From assembly GCA_028534125.1 (NCBI GenBank), contig CM052828.1, positions 57,972,001 through 58,036,000 on the forward strand: DNA of 64,000 bases, in the 5' to 3' direction. This DNA comes from Lama glama (lineage: Eukaryota). Below, piece after piece: positions 25,901 to 38,325 of the stretch. The notes below the pieces were generated by a model. That model had not been told where the DNA came from and searched no databases. It worked only from the letters and a program-made list of their open reading frames with translations. Both the position numbers and the translations under genes were made by a program. Position 1 is the first letter of the stretch. Every line of letters starts with the position of its first letter.

Positions 25901-27944
25901 TTGATCTTTTCTGGTCTAAAAATGTATGACTTGAATGACCTGACAAAAATGATTTAACTTCAATTGCTTTATGTGCATAATAATAATAAAAATAGAAATA
26001 ATAAAGAACCTATCATCAAGATAATGAATAACAACGCTGAGCACCAGGGATGGCTGCGGGGTGATAAGTGAAATGATTGTTTTGATGATCTAAAACGCCT
26101 TGATGAATAAAATGACTTTGATGTGTGATATAATATTATAACATATAGTTGCCTTTTTCCCTTCTTCATTCAAAATTAGCAGTTACATGCATTCCCTGGA
26201 TGTTTTATGCACCAGAGAAGACCCTGGAATGAATTGGGTCCATTTCATTTCTAACTATACTGTAAACTATGTTTAAAAAAAAATCTACTTTTTAAAAAAC
26301 TGGGCCACTGACTCATCTTTGTATTATAGCTATGAAAGGAAAAAATTTAAACTCCTCAAGGAAAAAAGACAAAGCAAGAGAACCCAGTTACCTGGCTGAG
26401 ACTACAAATACCGGTGTCAGAACAACAGGCGTTGTAATGAATTACCTTTTTCTGTAAAAGACCTCTGTTTCTATCCCCTGCTCTGCTGTTGTCTCCTAAG
26501 GCCGCCATCCCGCCTGAGCTGTAAAGAAATAATGCACTGGCTTCCTTTCCTCATCCCCACCTTTTGAATTTGGAATAAAAATTAAACCATTCATTTTCAT
26601 CTTTCTCAAGAGTTTTCTTGCCTTAATGAAGGTTTTTATGAGAAGAAAGGAGAGAAAGGAGTGGAGATTAAATATACAAAGAGACTCGAGAACATCTTAA
26701 AGGCGGCCAAAGTGTGAGAGAATAAAGGTGAGAAGGAGAAAGAGCCAAAGCAAAGAGAATCAGAAAATTAAACATGAGGGGGAGGGGCCACGACGCAGGC
26801 TTTCGTGGTGCTCATCTCTCTTCATTTGTTAGTTTTCCGCATCCCCGTACTCCTCTTTCATCTTCCCTTCCTCCTCTGCTTCTGACTGTGCCCTTCAGAG
26901 CTCAACCCAACTGGAAAGGCTCCTTGTCTTTCTTCCCAGATCCTCTTTGAATGATGAAATCATATCAAGTCTGTACATAATTGCTCTGTGCTGTTCAAAA
27001 CACGTTTTCTTGAAGGGAGCTTTATACTTCATCCGTTTCTGCTATTAATGTGTGTATAATACGCCTTCATTCCTAATTATTTTGTCACCATTTTGTTAAG
27101 TGTCCGGGATCTACATTTGAACTAAGACACTCTAATTATCAAATTAACACAATTTCATGGTTGATATGTTCAATTTCTCACCACTGGACTTTTTAATTTT
27201 CTTTCTTTCTTTCTTACTTTTTTTATTAACTGGCTCCTTTCTGGCCATTTCCCCTAATCATACAAAGAGGTGACTAATACCCTTGTTTTACATTCATGGA
27301 TACTTCCCATAAATATCTGGACATTAAGGATTGCTAAAGAGTGCCTGTTCTTTCCACAGTGTTTCCACTGTAGTTCCTTTTCATCGATTTCTAACCCATC
27401 AATGACATATACTTATTCACAGGTTAGGATCTTCAGTTCGGTTCAATTGAAATATAAAAATTTTCATTGCTTTTTCTACAGCTAACTGCTTGAACTCAGT
27501 AGTCTCACATACAGAAAAAAAAAGAAGAACTTTGCATAAATGAAAAGAAAGGGGGCATCTCAAACTCTAGCTGACATTAAACTATGAAAAGAAGAAAGAT
27601 AGGCTATTTTTTTTAAGTTGTCAAACAGAAATGATAGAACTGGGGGAGCGGTGGCTGAATAAAGAGAGTAATTACAAGACCCAGAATAACTGATTTGTTA
27701 AATTCTCTGCAGAACCTATTCATTGCGAAGTACTTTGTGCAGTTTCTGTCATGGATTAAGGGCCCTGAACACACTGGCTCCTACGCACCAGGATGGAAAT
27801 TTGCCTCCTGTGAGAGTCTGTGCTGCCTCTGAGCAGTTTCAGAAGCAAAATAACCACAATAATTCTCAAGTTCAGAAATTTATCTCAATGACACCAGACT
27901 GGCTGAGTCCATCTGGGTGTACCGCCATCTTGGTAAGTATCATT

Positions 27945-28240
27945 TCAAAAACAGCTTTCTTGAAGCATAATTTATGACCCATAAATATACCCTTTTAAGT
28001 ATGTGAGTCAATGGATTTTAGTAAATTTACAGAATTACGCAAACTTTACCATCATCCAGATTTAGAACACTTCCGTCACCCCCCAGACGTCCTCTGTACT
28101 CATTTCCAGTCAGTCCCCATTTCCGCCTCTGGCCCCAGGCATCACCAATCTTTCTTTTATGTATTTGCCTTTACAGACACTTTATGTAAACAGAATCATG
28201 AAATATGTAGTCTTTTATGACTGATTTCTGTCATCTAACC
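27945..28240 (-). mobile_element. Old L1 3' end (L1MB-like)
   Basis: 'acagctttcttgaagcataattta...cccttttaagta...tttagtaaatttacagaattacgcaa...tttagaacacttccgtcacccc...atatgtagtctttt'. Confidence 0.85.
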
Positions 28241-28959
28241 TCAATTTTACTGTTACAATGGTTCTTCAAATAGATTTTGGTCTAAATTATGGTTCCTTCT
28301 ATAATCAGTTTTGCTGAGACCTACTGTGTGGTGTGGTACCCTCACCAGTTATAAAGATGAACAAATATTACATCATGCTGAGGAGAAAAGAAAAGTTTTT
28401 AAATGATCAAAAGTACATTACCAAGAGTGAGGAGTGACAGCAAGCACAGCTAAGATTGGGTTATGTGTATGTATAAAATATTTATTTAGAAGGAAAAAAA
28501 AGGCAGCATTCAGTGTATATTTTGTGCATTAGCATGTTTTTAAAAAACTACAAAGATATGTAAGATTGATAGATGCAACTTTTTCTGAAGACTTTTTTTT
28601 CAATAGTTGTTATTTTTAATTTTTAAAAATAAAATTACCAGCAATTTTTCCAAATTATTGTATAGTTCGGTCCATCTACAAAGAGTCTTCTTTGTAGATG
28701 ATTGATTTTTTTAAACAAAATTTTCATTTTTTGAGGAGTTTGACTGCTCAAAATCATAGCATAGTGTAATATTTTTACAGATTCAGGATTGTTTCTGGGG
28801 AGAAGTCCCAACTGAAATTCAGTGGGAACACATCTGCAATCCTGAAATGAATGTACAAAGTGTTGGGACCTTCCATTCGAATGAGCTGGGGACACAGCCA
28901 ACCCAGCCCGGCCATATTGGAGCCCAAAGTGAAAGGTAAAGTGTGTGGCTTGTATCCGG

Positions 28960-30065
28960 GCTTTTATTAGAATCAGAGGAAAATTTACAAGGCAGTCCAG
29001 AGTTCCTGCCCACCATCCCACCCAGCGTTCCCTGTTACTAATATCTCGCACTGGTATGGTTCATGTGTTACAATTAGTGGACCACTATTGATGCACGACT
29101 GTTAACTAAAGCTTATTCTTTCATTAGCCATAGTGTACTCAGATTGCCCTAGTTTTAACCTACTGGTTTCTTTCTACTCCAGGAACCCGTGCAGGAGGCC
29201 GCCCAGCCCTTCCTCCTGAGGTCCCCTTAGGCTCCCCTTGACTGGGATCATTTCTTAGACCTGGTTCTGGTGGCCTTGACGGTCTTGAGAAGAACCGGTC
29301 AGGCATTTTATAGGCAGTCCCGCTGTTGGAGTTTGTCTTCTGTTCCTCTCCGGAATTTGGCTGGGACGGTGTCTTTTGGGAGGAGGAAGACCCCAGGGTA
29401 AAACCCCATTCCTGCATCGCATCATGGGCACCTGCCATCAACAAGCTTTATCACCGTTGATGCTGGGGTCGGGTTTGTCAGTTCTCTCCACTGGAAAGGT
29501 CCTTCCCCTCTATTTCCTTGCTGTCCTTTTTGAGAGGAAGTCACTCTCCACAGCCCATATTTAAGCAGAGGGAAGTTATGCCCCACTTCCTTGAGGGTAG
29601 AGTATCCACGTAAATTATTTGGAATTCTTCTGCGTGAGAGGTTTGTCTCTTCTCCCCTGTTTATTTGTTTAATCTTTTATTTATACCAGTAAGAGCTCCA
29701 GCTGTTTGGGTGTTTATTTTATCCGTTGGGCTATATTCCAATGCTGCTTTATATTGTTGCTCAAAATGTCACAGTTTTGGCTGTTGAGGGCGCCTTTGGT
29801 TGGCTCCTGTGTCCCTTTGCCCCCCCCCCCCCCGCCCCGTTAATGTTTTTTGTGTTTTGTTTTCTGGCACCACCAGATGCTACAGGCTCACCATGTGTAT
29901 TTCCTGCCCTGGTCATGAATCCAGCCAGTTCTCCCAGGGGCCCTGATTCCTTTTCCTGGAGAATGGTGTTAGAAACCAAGATCTGGGCATTAGATATGCT
30001 TGTAGCTCCTGGAGTGTCATTGCTTCTAGTTCCTGCAGCTGACAGAGCAAGGAAATATATGTATG
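28960..30065 (-). mobile_element. Old L1 3' region (L1MC-like)
   Basis: 'ggtcaggcattttatagg', 'aaattatttggaattcttctgc', 'tagaaaccaagatctgggc', 'gacagagcaaggaaatatatgtatg'. Confidence 0.85.
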
Positions 30066-33000
30066 CCTCTGATATTTTGAAATGAGAAAATACACTTTTT
30101 CTAGGAGCTGAGATAGCTGGTGATCTGAAAATAAATTATTCTACATGGATAATATACTCATTTCTGATTTGTTTTCCTAGTAAGATATGCAAACATTTCA
30201 TTTTAAATATTTTCCCAGGTAATTCCATTTAGGTTACTTTCATTCAACAGACAGTTTCACAAATTCCTTTTGAATGTCTTTCAGGGGAATTAAATTCAGA
30301 CGCTGTAAACGTGCGGCCCTTCTCAGTTTACTTTAATTTGCTAGAGTATTGATTTACTCAATTAAAAGTAGGTGCTTCATCAAGTGACATTTATGCTAAA
30401 TTAACTTGTTTCAAAATGCAGTTGTAAAATATCACACTTTAATCTTAAATATCTTTTGACTTCTCGTCATTTTAATGTGTTTGGCTCCTCCCGTGCTTTT
30501 ATAGGAACAGTTTACAGTATCTTCCAGTTCAGAAGCTTTGCCTTGAATGATCACGATTTGCTATAAGCTCTGCAAACTGACTTTTCTTGGGTTCTCAGTT
30601 TCTCAAACAACGTGATTAAAGATTTTCATGTGATTTTGAACAAAACTGCAACCAACATATGAGAGATCCAGCTACCAAAATTCAATACCATTTTAGGTAT
30701 TAAACTGGGAGTCTTCAAAGGCTCAAACATTTCAAAGCCTGAATGATGACATATAGCAAAGAGAATGAACTGCCACGCTGAAATATTTTTTGTGTTCCCA
30801 TCAGCTTTCTTCAAAAATTCTGGAGTTGAGTTTCTAGAGATGAACGATACCAAACCTGTTGTCATTCTGTCTTTGAACTACTGAGCTTGTTTAGATGCCT
30901 GTTAAGAATTATGTATACATTACAACAAAATTCACAGACTTCTTAATTTAGTAAAAACATTGTTTTACCACAGTGCTGGTGCTTGACCAAAATTTATATG
31001 GTATTATCACTAAAAGCAAGCAAACCAAAAAACAACAAAAAATACACTATCATATCTTCAACGTTGAACTTTTCATTCGATTTTGTAACAGCATTTACAG
31101 TCATGAGTCACCTTTGACAGAAGTAACTTCCTAAAGCCTTCCTTTGATCCTGTGAACTGGGTGAGAAATTGGAACCTCACTGGGACTAACGCCTTTTCCC
31201 TCCGTAGCATCCGACGGCACTGATACAAAACTGGCACCGTTTAACTCTGACACATTCTTCTGCCAACGGAGCCAGCGGGTGAACCTGCTTCACTCTTTGT
31301 AGGTGCAAACGGAAACCTGGAATTAAAAAAAAAGGAGTGAAATTAACTGAAACAAGAGTCACTGATCTAAATGAAACATTATGCTTCACTGAATACTATA
31401 AAATGGACCTTTTCTAAAGCCTTTAAATAATATTTGCGTCAAGTCTGAAAAATAAAATATAGCTTTTGAAATAGATACCGATGCTCTTCAGGAGCCACTG
31501 GTGGTGTAATCACGAGCCTGCTTCTCTCCCCTCTACGAATGGTAAACGGTGGAAAACAGTCCAACCCACGCAGGGTCGTCATCAGCTTTCTTGCAAAACG
31601 GAAACCCAGGGCCCTATTTTCACTGAAAATGAACTTCTTTTTTCAGTTTATAGTTGCCCGAAGTATTTAAAAATAGGAAACTGCATCATAAAACAGTAAA
31701 GAATAATTCTGTGTTCCCCTGGACTTTGAAGAGGGCACAAGCATCTCTATCTGCCGGCTGTCATGACTGCTCAGCCCCTATTTCCTACTCATTTTTCACA
31801 TCATCTCACCTCGAATTTCTCACATTTCCCACTTAGCCAGACGTCTTGCTGCTCAGTGGCTTCATACCTCTCATAGCATGAGGCCGTGGTGGCCGTCCGG
31901 GGCTGGCAGGCTGACACACGAGTGCCAGATACTTCCCTACTGCTCTGGAGGCCAGTCCGCTGGAGGTGGAATCCACTTGTTTGTCGTGAGTATCCTGCAT
32001 GTTCCCCCGAAAAGAAAACCAAGATAAATGGTCACCCTGGTTGTGCTTCAGCCGTGGAGAATAAGGACCAAGCCTTTCCACTCTTGAGGGCGTGGACCCC
32101 TGGGGGCGTATGGATGGGTTTCTGGGAGATCACCAACCTCCTAAAATAGCATAATACCACGAGTGACTGGTCCACAGCTTTCGTCAGATTCTCGGAGAGG
32201 ATAACTGCGATTAAGGGAAAGCTTTTGAAACTTAGGGAAAAGGTGAGTGGCATGCCTTTTCTAGATCATACTGAGTAATTGTGCGTCAAGCCACCCAATG
32301 TTTATTCAGCACATCTGACTCGGTTGTTTGGTCGTCTTTGATTACCATGTAGACAACACGAAGTTACCTGGTAATTGTAGATTTCTGTTCAGTAGTAAAA
32401 TTAACCCTGAAAGATTTCAGTTTTCTTGCCCTCTAAGATATTAATCATTTCTGTATTGGACTCACCCATATCTCATTCTAATATTCAGCTTTTTAAATGC
32501 ATTTCCTGGGGATGCATTCAAACCTTCTTCCTCAAGTGGTTTTGAATCTAGCTTCACCATCTTCCTGGCTCCCTCACCCATCACAGAGTTGAATGAAATC
32601 CTTGAACATCTTCCTTCCTTCCTTTTTTTTTTTTTTTTACCAGTTGGAAGGATTAACTACAATTGATTTTGTTGAATATTCTTTAGTTGTCAGGTCATAG
32701 CTGAGTCTTTTCTCACTATAAATCCCTTAGGCCTTTTAATCACAATAGTTGTTACATTCTGCAAGCCCTAAGGAGAAATAATCTCCTTACCAGTGCTGCC
32801 TGCATCTGCCCAGCAGGCACTGTGAGTGAAGTGAAGTCAGGGAGAAGACATTCTAGGCTTCCCTTAATTAATTCCCTAATCTACTGCTGTTTATGTTGAG
32901 AAAAATCAATCACTACCTAGCTACAAGAAAAAAAAAAAGTTTGGTGTGAAATTTCAGTGAAGTTAAAAACCATGCTCCTACAAGGCCTGGAACCATCTTT

Positions 33001-33649
33001 ATTCAAGAATAATGGATTTCTTTAGAGTCCTCTCTGTTACCTGCACAGCTCGGCTGTTTTGGCGGTGTATTGCTGAGGGCTATCGAAGCAGATCATTTTC
33101 ACTTTGATTTTACAAGTAATTATTTACATGAAACATGACACATGTACAACATTTCCAAATTCTACTGTGTTTCTTATACAAGCAGGATGATGCTCTGAAC
33201 TTTATCTATCCGCCAATAGATACGTAAATATAGGCATGTAAGTATATATTTACATATATATGGAGAGTGAGAGAGGGGAACAGTAGGAACGTTAAACCAT
33301 CTATTCAAAAATTTGCAGAGACACCAAGGAAAACAAATGCACTTTCAACTTTAAAACACGCTAATTGACAAGTTGAGAAGATGCTGAGATTTTCTTCCCA
33401 CGAAATGAAGCAGAGGTCAGAGTGAGTGAGTTCCAGCCCCTGGCGAGGATGCTCTGCTAAGGTTTCAGAGAAGAGAAGAGAATAGAGCTTGTTTTAAAGA
33501 TGGACAGAGTTTCGGGGGTAGAGTAAAGAATGTTCCGTTCCTCTGTGGTTTGGGGCTGAGGGAAGGGATTTGAGTCAAAGCAAAAGAATAAAAAAGCTCA
33601 TTGTGAGTCAGGATGGGAGAGAGACAAAGATCTGCCTTGGAGATGAGAC

Positions 33650-34290
33650 CGGAAAAGTGATGTTGGTCCAAGACAGAGGGCTGAGGAGTTCATGCCCGTT
33701 GCTGGGGGCCAGAGGAGACATCGCAAATCCTGTGCAAGGATGAAGCTTAAAGGTACCAGTCTGGCAAGAGTGTGCAGGAGGCGCTGAAGCGTGGAAAGTC
33801 TCGTTTTAACTCCCGCTGCACTCGAGGGCTTGAGCTGCGGTGATGGTAACAGGAAAGCTGAGTTGGCAGAGGCACAGGGGAGGGGAATAGTGAGAAGATG
33901 GGGTTTGACTGCCTGGGCAATTGGCAACTGTGTGCCTTTCCTGTCCTAATGCAGGGCCTGACACAGTGTGGAAAATAGGCAGGTGTGGGCCGAGCGAGGG
34001 GAGGAGGACCCTGAGGGTGACACCAGTGTTTTGCCCTTGGGCAACTGGAAAGGGTAATCCTATCATTTAGAGGAAAAGAAGCTACGGGACAGGAAGGTAG
34101 CCTGGGGGTAAATACAGTCCTTTAAACACACTGAGGTGGAAGTGAGGGTGTTCTGCCCAGGAGAAAACAGCCAGCCAGCAGCGTGGCTCCAGAGAGAAGT
34201 CAGGGCTGCCGAGACGGAAGCTGGTCACCTTTGGCATGAAGACAACAGATGAAGTCTTGGGACTGGAAGATCTAGTCTAGAAAGAGAGAA
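33650..34290 (-). mobile_element. L2 fragment
   Basis: 'gagggtgacaccagtgttttgcccttgggcaactggaaaggg', 'ggctccagagagaagtcagggctg'. Confidence 0.6.
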
Positions 34291-35489
34291 TGGAAAGAGC
34301 AAATTCAGATTCAGATTTAATGCAACTACCACTTAGGTTCACACCGCACGTCGAGATTTACACGAGCCCACGTGATCAGCAGCACAGCCTTATGAGATGG
34401 ATGCTGAAACCGCGCACAAAGCGGAGGAGGGAGCTGAGGACGGTAACATGGCCTCTTGAGGGTCACAGGATTTGTGGCAAGGACGACCCCACGCTCTCTG
34501 TCCCCCACCCTGGGCACAGCAGCCCCAGAGCCAAGGCCCAACGGGGAGACATTGGAAACTGACACGGAATCTGCGGTCATCACTGAGAATTCCAGATGCG
34601 AGGTGGTTTCTCTGGTTTTGGCTGTAAGAGCAAGCGGACAGCAGACAGTGCTTTGCGCCTCTTCTCACTGTCTCACTGCTTGTTCCTTGCCCTGCTGAAT
34701 TTTCCTGTCCTGGTGGGAACTTTCTGTGTATGTTTAGTCACCCATTTAGGTTTCTCACATCTCACTTCAAACATGACCATTAAAGTGACTTAGAAGGTAA
34801 AGTGTAATTCTTTCCCAGCCAGAGCCTATTTACAAATTTTTCTGAAAATAACTAAGGGTTTATTTATGCCTTTGGATTTCTTTCTTCTCATGTGCATTTT
34901 CATATCACTATTAGCAAATGATATCAGATGCAAGATGATCTCTCTCCCGCTAGCCACAGGAGAAAAGCAAGTATGTACTGAATCACACTTGAAGTTATCT
35001 ACACCTTGGCTTTTCTTAAGTCTTTTACTCACTCCTATTATTTATCAATGAGGAAATGAGATAATCCTAGTCCAAGAGTATAGCAGTGTGTGCACTAAGA
35101 TTAGCAGGATGGATTTATCAGGGTATCAAGTCCTCACGTGCACAGAGCATCACAAGCAAGACTTTTTAATGGCTCCTCCAAGGAGGTGAGGGTCTGGAAT
35201 CAAGGAGCCAGTGGTTTGGAGGAAGCCTTGACTAGCTCAGGGGTAGGGGGAATAAAGTTAAGCTCAAATCAACTCTCTGCCACAAACAGAGTGCAACCAC
35301 TGGGCCTAGAGGTTTATTTTTCTATCAAGTTGAATTTTAGATCCACAGCATCTCTTATTATAGTTTATTGCACTGAGATAGCAGTTTAACTCAGATCAGG
35401 AAATGGTGACCTAAAATATAGGTTGGTTTTTCAAAATAATTACTTCATAATTTTTCTCCCATCTCCCTCCTCCCCAGATGCTAAACATA

Positions 35490-35596
35490 TTTATGGCAGA
35501 AACCTATATTTCATCTTTGACTCGCCAACAGCCAGGCACCGAACTTGACGGACAGTAAGGGCTACAAGATGTGTGTTGAATGGATTCATGAATGAG
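35490..35596 (+). mobile_element. L2 3' end fragment
   Basis: 'ttcatctttg...cagtaagggctacaagatgtgtgttgaatggattcatgaatga'. Confidence 0.55.
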
Positions 35597-36781
35597 GCCA
35601 AAATCAAGGTAAAATTCCAGGAATGTTTAGCTAGATGACGTTGAAGTCTCACCCTTTCTGCTTCCCAAAGGTTATCTTTATCCTAAGACAGAGCTCACGT
35701 GGTCTGTGGTCCTTCTTTTCTCTCTCTCACTCTCCCTACACCACACACAGAACAAAGCAAAAAGAAGCTGAAAGATGAAATGTTTTAAGACACAGATAAA
35801 GAGAGTCTGAAATTTGACCGAATGGATCTTCAGCTGGATTAAATCAATTAGGCAAAACAGTAAAAACCAACACAAAGGTGAAAGCGGACTTCACTCTCTA
35901 GTCTGTAATTTTGCTGCTTACGTCCATCGTGTTGTAAAATGATGTGTGGCTGAGACCCATCAGCGGCTGAAGACACCAGTATCAGGGCTTCAGAGGGCTC
36001 TTAAAAAGCCAGTAGAATAGAACAGCCGTGAAGTGACGTGAAGAGGGGAAAAGAGAAAATTCACGAAGCTTGATACATTCCTACATGTGTAAGGGACTAG
36101 GTCATGGTCACATGGGTGCACGTTAAGATGGTCTGAAAAACACTGATGTAGAGGAATGCTAAAATAAATCATGCTTTTGCGGTTAGGAGACAATTTTTCT
36201 TCTAGGTCCAAATAAAAGGCCTGGGAGTTTTCCACCTAATTGTCTTTGGCGACCGTATCTAAGCTCCGACAAGTCACTAGCCAACCAATTCTGCGAAATC
36301 ACTGACTTGGTGGGACTCTAGGCATAGCCTCACCATATGAAAGTCACTGCCTTCCGTGTGGCATTTAAAAAAAAATTCTGTAAAGCATCATTCGTTGCAA
36401 GGAAGGTCAGGCTGATTCCTGATTTTCTTTAATAGAAAAGCCGGTTCAAGAACACAAGAGAAGGAAAACGACTTCATTGCATTCTCACCCTTTGGCTCTT
36501 GGCTGGCAGGGAAGGGCTTAGCACATCTGTCAACTGCTTCACAGAATAACTTGGAAGCAATTGTGGGGAGCACGCTGGTTGTCTGACTATAAATTATGGT
36601 TAGAAGGCCTTAACAAGAATTTATTGACCTTTACTGCCAAAAAAAAAATGTTCATTAATTACCCTTCATTTTCTTAGAAGAACCATTTTCACATAGCTCA
36701 CTGTAAAAGATGCTCTGTCCACGCTTCATTTCTGATTTTGTGATTTATAGTAATAGTATTTAGTCAGGATCTATGTCTTTG

Positions 36782-37110
36782 TTCCTTCCTTCATTTATTC
36801 ATTCACCTTCATTGAATTTTGATGATGTTCCAGGTTATGTGCCAGATGCCAGAGCACAAGGAGGCGTGGTTTCCATCTGTTAGGAATTTTGCAGTTTAGT
36901 TGGGGAGAAGGACAGTAGGTGAGCGTCACAGAACAGAGTGATAAGTTTCTTGATTGGGGACCATGACAGTATTGAGGACGTGGTATTAAGATCAGACCAG
37001 GTGTCAGGGAAAGCTACCCTGGAAAGGTGATACTTGAGTTGAGAACTGAAGGATGAAGGGGGTTAGCGATGGGGTTCAAAGTGGTGGAAAGTGGTGGCGT
37101 GGCAGAGAGC
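36782..37110 (-). mobile_element. L2 3' region
   Basis: 'ttcatttattcattca...tatgtgccagatgc...cagtttagttggggaga...cagggaaagctaccctggaaaggtgatacttgagttgagaactgaaggatga'. Confidence 0.75.
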
Positions 37111-37899
37111 AGACCAGAGGCTCAGACCATTTCGAAAATGCGCTCAGAGCACCTTGTCACCATAGCATGCTCACTGGTTTCCTTGAGTCTAGTTTTCCTA
37201 TAGTTTATCTTGAACTCTATGGGCAACTTAAGCTCCCAAAGCCTCTGTTTCCATCTTATCGTTTCCCTCGGTGATGGAGGATAAAGATTATTCCAACAGC
37301 TAAGGTCCTCCCTGATTGGCCTATGTCTCTTTCTAACCTGTTGTCTTTTCCCACCTGTGAATTACCCGTGTCACCAAGGCTGGTTCACTGACTGCCCGTT
37401 TTTCTGTTCTTTCCTCATATTCAATTAGCCTAAAACCTGCATTAGAGAATGTGGAAATAATTAAACATGGCCATTCTTCATGCTCTTCCTCACTAAAATT
37501 TTGACTGTGTCTGTCCCCGGCCCCTAGTTCCATCCCTCTAATTTCAGGGGAAAGGACAAATTTTCTCCTGTGTCTTCCTGGCCTTCACTATCTGTGCTCC
37601 CTATGGACTTGTCCTTCTCTCTCTGTCTGTATTTTACTGGGTGATTCCATCCATACGTTTGGCTTCAGTCACTGCACAATGGCTGATGACTCAGCAATGT
37701 CTGCTAAGACTTACCACCCAGGACCACAGTCTGCATTTCTAGCCTCCCACTAGACACACAACCTAATTCTCAGAGACGTGATTGAGACTGGAATCAGTCC
37801 TACTCTTCAGCTTGAAGGAAATTGTTTTAATTAGATGAAAACAGATCCCTCAGCTTTTATTCCTGCAGTAATAAATGGTCGCCGAAGCCAGTTGAGCCC

Positions 37900-38325
37900 T
37901 GAGACCCTGGTTATGTGCTAAACATGCTTTTGAATCTCATACAGTCCTCATGACGACGCTGTGTGTGGTGTGACTGTTATACTAATTTTACAGGTAAGTA
38001 ATTCGTATTTGAGAGGTTATTTCCTCCAGGCCAATACGTCCTATTTAGCAAAATTCAGTCACAAACAGCAGTCTAACTATACTTCAAAATCCTCGCTTTT
38101 AAACACTTTGTATTGCTTTCAAATATAAATGCTTTAAAAAAAAAGCTTTCTGCAGTGATCTGTGCTCATCTCATTAAAACTCCTACGGATAAATATGTTG
38201 TTTATCCTCCTGTTTTGCCAACTAGAAACTAGAAGACAAGGAATGTGAGGAGAAGCTCTCAAATTAAGTGTGTTCACATGGTGAATGGATGGCAGATCCA
38301 GGAATTAAATTCAGATTTAGTAACA
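37900..38325 (-). mobile_element. Two adjacent degraded MIR fragments
   Basis: 'atctcatacagtcctcatgac...attttacaggtaaag' and 'atctcattaaaactcct...atggcagatccaggaattaaattcag'. Confidence 0.55.
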
